A program made the translations under genes and the position numbers. From Calditrichia bacterium (GTDB taxonomy: Bacteria > Calditrichota > Calditrichia > RBG-13-44-9): DNA of 41,329 bases. The stretch covers positions 1 through 41,329 of the forward strand of contig JARRQT010000008.1 of NCBI GenBank assembly GCA_037381445.1, read 5' to 3'. Shown piece by piece: positions 36,601 through 41,329 of this stretch (position 1 is its first letter; the number at the start of each line of letters is the position of its first letter). The notes beneath the pieces are model-generated. The model was not told the DNA's origin. It made no database searches and saw only the letters and a program-made list of their open reading frames with translations.

Positions 36601-39081
36601 GTAACGGAAAGGGAAGAATTTCAGCAAAAACTGCAGGAGCAGAACCGGCGGGTGACAACCATCCTGGAAAGCATCAGCGACGCTTTCTTCTCCCTGGACA
36701 GGAACGGATGTTTTACCTATGTCAACAGCCGCGCGGAGCAGCTATTAAAAAAATCTGCCGAAAATTTGCTGTCGAAGAACGTCTGGGAGGTGTTTCCGGA
36801 AGCGGTCACTTCCCGCTTTGCGGACTTGTCAAAGAACGCTACAGCTAACCGGGTGCCGGTTACTTTTGTGGAATATTACCATCCGTATGATTCGTGGTTC
36901 GAGGTGCATGTTTATCCTTCGGAAGAGGGAATTTCCGTTTACTTCCAGGATGTGAGCATTCAGAAGCGGGCCGAAATCGAGCTGCGCAGGGTCAACCGGG
37001 CACTGCGTACCCGCAGTGAATTGAGCCAGACAATTGTCAGGATTTCCACAGAGCAGGAGCTGCTCAATCAGGCCTGTTCCATCATCGTGGAAAGTGGGGG
37101 ATACCGCCTGGCTTGGGTGGGATATGCCGTATATGACAAAACCAAGTCAATTCGCCCTGTGGCGCAGAAGGGCTATGAACACGGCTATCTCCAAACGGTC
37201 AAATTGACTTGGGCAGACCGGGAAAGAGGACGCGGTCCGGCAGGCACCACCGTCCGATCCGGAAAGCCGGCCATTGCCCAGCACATTCAATCCGATCCCG
37301 ATTATGCCCCATGGCGCAAAGAAGCTGTCAGCAGGGGATACAGTTCCTCCATTGCGTTGCCCCTTAAATCGGAAAATCAGGTATTCGGGTGTCTTAATAT
37401 GTATGCCGCCGAACCGGATGCCTTCGATGAAGAGGAGGTCAGGCTGCTAAGTGATCTGGCAGATGATCTTGCCTTCGGCATAATAGCCCTGCGCAATCGT
37501 GAGGAGCGCATCAACGCGGAACAGGCCCTGCGGGAGAGTGAAAAACGGTATCATACGCTTTTTGAGGAATCCCCGGTCCCGTTATGGGAGGAAGATTTTA
37601 CTGAACTGAAAAAACAGATTGACCTGCTGAAAAAAAGAGGTGTCCGGCATTTCCGGCGTTATTTTGATGCCCGCCCTGACCTTGTGCAGGAACTTCTCGG
37701 CAAAGTAAAAATTATGGATATCAACCGGGCAGTATTAAAACTTCACGAGGCAGGCGACCGGGGTCAGCTTTTATCTGCGCTTTCCGGGTATTTCACGGAT
37801 GAATCTCTGGACACTTTTAAGGAGGAGTTACTGGCCGTGGCGGAAGGCCGCAGTTTCATTGAAAGGGAAACCACTATAAAAACCTTAAATCAGCAGGAGG
37901 CCAATGTTATTTTCCGGTGGATTGTGGTCCCGGGATACGAAGACGAATTTTCCAAAATACTGGTGTCAGTCACCGATATTACCGCCCGCAAAAAGGCGGA
38001 ACAGGCTTTGCGTTTAAGCGAGGCACGTTACCGGGGATTGCTGGAGACCGCCCCTGACGGCATCATCACCATCGATGGCAGCGGCAATATTGTTCTGCTG
38101 AACCGGCAGGGCGAGAAAATGTTTGGTTACAGTCAGGAAGAATTGATCGGAAAGCCGGTGGATGTGTTGTTGCCCCGCGGGCTGAGAAAAAAACACAAAA
38201 ATTACCGTCAGGCTTATTTAATGAATCCCGAAACCCGACCCATGGGCAGCGGTTTGGAACTGCTCAGCCGGAATAAGAACAGACATCTGTTTCCGGTGGA
38301 AGTCAGTTTAAGTCCGCTGGTCAGCGAAAAGGAGATGCTGGTCACGGCGGTGGTGCGGGATATTTCGGAGCGAAAAGAGGCGGAAGCAAAACTCCGCAAA
38401 AATCAGGAACAGCTCCGCATGCTCTCCACCAATCTTCTGACCATTCGCGAAGAAGAGCGTGAACACATCGCCCGGGAAATCCATGATGAACTGGGACAGC
38501 AGCTCACCGGCTTGAAAATGGATCTGTACTGGATAAAAAATCGGCTCGAAAAACGTGAGTACCTTGACAATATTCCGAACCTGAAAAACAAGATGATGTT
38601 TATGTCGGGAATGATCGATAAGAGCATCAAATCGGTACGGAGGATTGCCACGGAATTGCGGCCCGGAATACTGGATGATGTGGGGCTGCCCGCGGCCATA
38701 GAATGGCAGGGAAGGGAATTCGAGCAGCGCACCGGTATCACCTGCCGGATAAAAAACCTGGTTCAGGACATTCGGCTGGACCGGAAACAATCCATTGCGG
38801 TCTTCCGCATATTTCAGGAATCCCTGACTAATGTAGCGCGCCATGCCGGCGCCACAGAAGTGAATGTGGAGATCAAAAAATTCAAAGGAATTTTCACTCT
38901 GCGTGTGATGGACAATGGCCGGGGCATTAGAGAAGAGGAGATGGGGAAATCCAGTTCGCTGGGAATACTGGGTATTCGGGAGCGGGCTTTGTCCCTGGGC
39001 GGACAGATTGAAATAAAAGGAGAGGAGAACAGCGGGACAATGGTCACGCTGAAAATTCCGCTGCAGAGTGCAAAAAATTAG
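33610..39081 (+). CDS. multi-sensor histidine kinase (CHASE3, 8 PAS, 2 GAF, HisKA_3, HATPase_c)
   Basis: CHASE3 DAETGVRGYVITG; repeated PAS/PAC motifs (WNKGAERL.GY, RKDGS); two GAF domains; EREHIAREIHDELGQ; FQESLTNVARHA; DNGRG. Confidence 0.95.
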   Translation: MNTSKQNRIVVVSFFLALVILTVSNLMSFRSSSAASDTNHRVKDTYDLLITMRSTLSTLQDAETGVRGYVITGEEHYLGPYHRALSVIDEKLGAISQLSHHAAFDIRSLDTLQILTSLKLAYLEKKIAARRSQGFEEARLMTLTDEGKNEMDQIRALLARIQNKEEATLAKNLVLGLKYTHRENFLKSAATFFSFILLLLAFSLLAIQLRQQRNTEKILRSVNERFSLLVNGVKEYALCLLDPEGRVVGWNKGAERLMGYREENILNSHNSCFYPEEEIRDGRPDLLLKVAAETGRHEEEGWRLRKDGSRFWASELVTPLRDPQGALEGYAKLTRDLTLQKEMEGTVQIRAEQQAAIAELGQKALEGTDLNLLMEETVYVVAEILDVDYCKILELLPSGTKLLLKAGVGWKEGYVGKAYVEAEINSQAAFTLKTNSPVIVENLNSETRFSVPALLREHQVVSGVSVIIPGEKQPYGVLGIHTRTHRKFSEDDIYFLLAVANILSTAIGRKNAEENLRIKDSAIESSLNAIALGDLNGIISYANPSFQKMWGYDSFDEIIGKNILEFWQEKEAAQNVMNVVLSRGSWSGELKGKRKNGSVFDTQLSSTVVRDKNGQPLRAMASIMDITPRKKMESALRESELSYRTLAENLPGIVYRVYLREKHRMQFFNRAASQITGYTEEELKSGEVCSLDPLILPEDRSGVVAEVRNAVREKRPFKIEYRLRHKDGSIRYLLEQGIPVANGDGKVWCIDGIVNDITERREAEKKQREQAEMLSTIIKNIPVMITRYDAAGNIHLLNNEFERLTGYTTEELPGVNLMELCYPDPDYRQEVWNYMASAQPGWRDLNITTRYGNKLKSAWANVRLSDGSQIGIGIDVGEQRKAEAMLREQAQVIDQIHDGVISTDLDGFVTSWNKGAERIFGYNAREMIGKHISNVYSKDQHEFLEKEIVVPLKEKGNHDVVVRMRHKSGRPFYAHLVLSLLRDEDGKLKGMIGYTQDVTEREEFQQKLQEQNRRVTTILESISDAFFSLDRNGCFTYVNSRAEQLLKKSAENLLSKNVWEVFPEAVTSRFADLSKNATANRVPVTFVEYYHPYDSWFEVHVYPSEEGISVYFQDVSIQKRAEIELRRVNRALRTRSELSQTIVRISTEQELLNQACSIIVESGGYRLAWVGYAVYDKTKSIRPVAQKGYEHGYLQTVKLTWADRERGRGPAGTTVRSGKPAIAQHIQSDPDYAPWRKEAVSRGYSSSIALPLKSENQVFGCLNMYAAEPDAFDEEEVRLLSDLADDLAFGIIALRNREERINAEQALRESEKRYHTLFEESPVPLWEEDFTELKKQIDLLKKRGVRHFRRYFDARPDLVQELLGKVKIMDINRAVLKLHEAGDRGQLLSALSGYFTDESLDTFKEELLAVAEGRSFIERETTIKTLNQQEANVIFRWIVVPGYEDEFSKILVSVTDITARKKAEQALRLSEARYRGLLETAPDGIITIDGSGNIVLLNRQGEKMFGYSQEELIGKPVDVLLPRGLRKKHKNYRQAYLMNPETRPMGSGLELLSRNKNRHLFPVEVSLSPLVSEKEMLVTAVVRDISERKEAEAKLRKNQEQLRMLSTNLLTIREEEREHIAREIHDELGQQLTGLKMDLYWIKNRLEKREYLDNIPNLKNKMMFMSGMIDKSIKSVRRIATELRPGILDDVGLPAAIEWQGREFEQRTGITCRIKNLVQDIRLDRKQSIAVFRIFQESLTNVARHAGATEVNVEIKKFKGIFTLRVMDNGRGIREEEMGKSSSLGILGIRERALSLGGQIEIKGEENSGTMVTLKIPLQSAKN

Positions 39082-39166
39082 GAATTCTATTTCTTATAAA
39101 ACTTTCTTATATTTGCAGAGTGGAAATACCTGACAGGGATAACTGAATCTCCGGGAGATCAAAAAT

Positions 39167-39796
39167 ATGGTTAAAATATTAATTGCTGACGATCATGCCG
39201 TGGTGAGGGAAGGGTTAGGGCAGATACTGGTTGATTCTGATGACCGGTTTGAGGTGGTAAAAGCGAAAAACGGCAATGAGGTTCTGGAGCTCATGCGAAA
39301 ACAGAGATTTGATGTCGTTGTTCTGGATATCAGCATGCCGGAAAAGAACGGATTAGACCTGACAAAAGATTTGAAGAAAATGTACCCCAGCCTGCCTGTC
39401 ATCATTCTCAGTATGCATTCCGAGGATCAGTTTGGCCTGCGTGCCCTGCGTGCCGGCGCATCGGGTTATATGACTAAAGAAACCGCCCCCGAAGAATTGG
39501 TGCACGCTATCTGGCGGGTATACCAGGGCGGCAAGTACATCAGTCCCGCACTGGCGGAAAAACTGGCGCAGGATGTCAGCCATTCCATGGAAAAACTGCC
39601 CCATGAAAAGCTGTCCGACCGGGAATTTCAGGTGCTCTCGCTCATGGCCTCCGGCAAAAGCATGAAGGAGATAGCGGAAGAGTTGTCTCTCAGTGTGAAG
39701 ACTGTCAGTACCTACCGGTCACGGATCATCGAAAAAACCCATCTGAAAACCAATGCCGAACTCATCTCCTATGCCATTCAGAATAACCTGGTATAG
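39167..39796 (+). CDS. NarL/UvrY-type DNA-binding response regulator
   Basis: IADDHAVVREG, LDISMP, GASGYMTK, LuxR HTH LSDREFQV...IAEELSLSVKTVSTYR. Confidence 0.95.
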   Translation: MVKILIADDHAVVREGLGQILVDSDDRFEVVKAKNGNEVLELMRKQRFDVVVLDISMPEKNGLDLTKDLKKMYPSLPVIILSMHSEDQFGLRALRAGASGYMTKETAPEELVHAIWRVYQGGKYISPALAEKLAQDVSHSMEKLPHEKLSDREFQVLSLMASGKSMKEIAEELSLSVKTVSTYRSRIIEKTHLKTNAELISYAIQNNLV

Positions 39797-40003
39797 TTAT
39801 TTACAGTATGCGGCTTTTGCCAGGAATTTTTGCCGGTGTTCTGACAGATCAGTCTTCAGGGAGATTTGTCCCTTTCTTCAGTAATGCCTGGCTTGCATTT
39901 ACCCGGATTTTGCTAATTATAAATTCCTGCTTATCGCAATCCGGTTTTAAAACCCCTTCATTATTGTCCTGTCCCGGACGACAAAGTTGCCTGCAAACAA
40001 TCT

Positions 40004-40222
40004 TGTAGGAAAAAATATTACAAACCGGACAAAACGGCTTGTTTTTCCCGCGAAAAGGATAATTGCGTGGTTAGGATAATTCCTTAAAAATCGTGTTTAA
40101 GTTATTGTTCACGCAATCATAATAAGTGCCTTTTGATGGCGCGGATTTTCGCATTTCTGTAAGATAATTTCCTACATTGTGAATTGTCATCATCCGACAG
40201 CAAGATCAGTCTTCCGCTGATA
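40004..40222 (+). promoter_or_regulatory. cluster of palindromic boxes, candidate binding sites for the adjacent NarL/UvrY-type regulator
   Basis: TGTAGG-N7-ATTACA (40004-40022), TGTAAG-N7-CCTACA (40158-40176), CCGACA (40194-40199), GATCAG-N7-CTGATA (40204-40222). Confidence 0.55.
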
Positions 40223-40327
40223 CCGCAAAGCCTGTCTGCGATGTAAATTAAAGAAGTTGATTTCCGGTAGTTGGGAGAGAGGTTTTAAATAATCGATTTG
40301 CGAACTCAATAAACAGGGAGATGTATT

Positions 40328-40663
40328 ATGTTCAGGTTTTCAATGGATATTCGGGACGCATCAATTTATACGGATTCAGGTTTGAGAAAATACGGGCTGA
40401 TGGAAGACGCCATGTTTCTCAGAGAGAAATGGATTGAGTTCTTCAAGAAACATCCAAACTATGATCCGGAAAATCCGGCATCCGAAGGGTATGATGAAGC
40501 ATTGAAACTCTCGCAGGAAATTGTCTTTCGTATGAGAATCAGAAGTCCCAAAACTGTTGAAGACGCCAGGAATCTGGTTCAGAATATCTTCTTCTTCTCG
40601 CCGCAAAGAGTATGGCTGGGTGACCAGGAATATCGGATAACTGAAATGCAGCAAGCCAGTTAA
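40328..40663 (+). CDS. hypothetical protein
   Basis: AGGGAG SD 7 nt upstream; 111 aa with protein-like composition; no recognised motif. Confidence 0.65.
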   Translation: MFRFSMDIRDASIYTDSGLRKYGLMEDAMFLREKWIEFFKKHPNYDPENPASEGYDEALKLSQEIVFRMRIRSPKTVEDARNLVQNIFFFSPQRVWLGDQEYRITEMQQAS

Positions 40664-40725
40664 AACAAATTGTATCTATTCTTTATATCTGTGTTATTTA
40701 AAACAGCAAGGCAAAGGTAATTTTC

Positions 40726-41325
40726 ATGAGGATGGCAATCACTTCGGATGCACAGCATCTCTTTGGCAAAATCGCTCCTTCGTTTGAGAAGGCAAAATAC
40801 TATCTTTTCGTGGATACAGCCAATCTGTCCGGTTACGAATATATCTCGAATCCATTTCGGCAAAACCGGCATGATATTCCTATGAAGTGCGGAGAATTTC
40901 TGCTGAACCGGGGGACGCAGGTGCTGCTCACCGGCAAGTGCTCGGTCGGGTCTATGGAGTGCCTGAAGCATTATGGAATTGTAGTGTTCGGTGAAATCTC
41001 CGGCAATATCCTGGTAAATATAGATATGATCCGGAGAGAAAGAAATTTTAGCCAGGTGCGGAGGAAGCATCTGGCTGAGAATATGAATACAATCGAATCC
41101 GAATTCCGCAAGTTTACGGATATGGTTGAAAAAGAACCTGCGGTGCGGGATGATAAAAATGAATGGATAAACACCGCCCTCATGACCTCAATAAAAGATT
41201 CGACATTTTTCCCTCAGGAAAGAATTCTTAAATATCAATACCTCTTCTACGATCTCATCGGGAATAATGCTGAATGGTTGAATTCCGATCATGAAATCAA
41301 TCACCAACAAACGAGGACTCTTTGA
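40726..41325 (+). CDS. divergent NifB/NifX (dinitrogenase FeMo-cofactor family) domain with a C-terminal extension
   Basis: MRMAITS...IAPSFEKAKYYLFVD...NP...QVLLTGKCS...LKHYGIVVF...SG matches the MTH1175/NifX pattern (FGRA.yf..vD, vl.tG..G). Confidence 0.65.
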   Translation: MRMAITSDAQHLFGKIAPSFEKAKYYLFVDTANLSGYEYISNPFRQNRHDIPMKCGEFLLNRGTQVLLTGKCSVGSMECLKHYGIVVFGEISGNILVNIDMIRRERNFSQVRRKHLAENMNTIESEFRKFTDMVEKEPAVRDDKNEWINTALMTSIKDSTFFPQERILKYQYLFYDLIGNNAEWLNSDHEINHQQTRTL

Positions 41326-41329
41326 AATG

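Noticed and set aside
39846..40214. 12-bp direct repeat AGATCAGTCTTC (39846 and 40203) as a target-site duplication or CRISPR remnant
   Set aside because: Only two copies, no transposase or cas gene, and one copy lies inside a candidate regulator box.
40726..41325. NifX-like domain as evidence of nitrogen fixation
   Set aside because: The family is widespread in non-diazotrophs and there are no nif genes here.
1..41329. Frequent CCGG/TCCGGA words and small CCGG-stem hairpins (e.g. 3843-3859, 13390-13410) as a REP family
   Set aside because: Flanks and loops are not conserved and the word is also common in coding regions, so it looks like a genome-wide compositional signature.

Overview
Gene-dense bacterial chromosomal window. 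The psd-pssA-purS-purQ gene order suggests an FCB-group-like lineage such as Calditrichota (inference only). I found no tRNA, rRNA, CRISPR array or mobile element. In order, it holds: a truncated POT-type MFS transporter and a secreted GH13 pullulanase-like enzyme (- strand); a long + strand run (CNNM/CBS protein, EcfT-like, truA, transaldolase, HtrA lipoprotein, purB, purC-like, psd, pssA, purS, purQ, DUF4321-like, tatA); a lone receiver domain, tryptophanase, an effector-less STAND/AAA-TPR protein, alpha/beta hydrolase, M19 dipeptidase and 2H phosphoesterase; a surface-glycan cluster (GT4, MsbA-like, GT4, WaaL-like); OsmC; a membrane-bound sulfite-oxidase-family molybdoenzyme; an ABC-2 exporter; and a 1823-aa CHASE3/PAS/GAF kinase with a NarL/UvrY-type regulator, followed by phased palindromic boxes and two poorly characterised genes. 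The strongest signals are: (i) PurB has a clean 17-codon in-frame deletion removing the catalytic GRTH motif; (ii) the adjacent PurC homologue keeps ATP-site residues but has lost most CAIR/Mg/aspartate-site residues, making it a candidate pseudoenzyme or repurposed ligase; (iii) several other homologues lack hallmark residues (EcfT, STAND Walker B, WaaL His, NifX-like); (iv) the POT transporter carries a large inserted soluble domain. All family calls are by-eye motif recognition; no searches were run.
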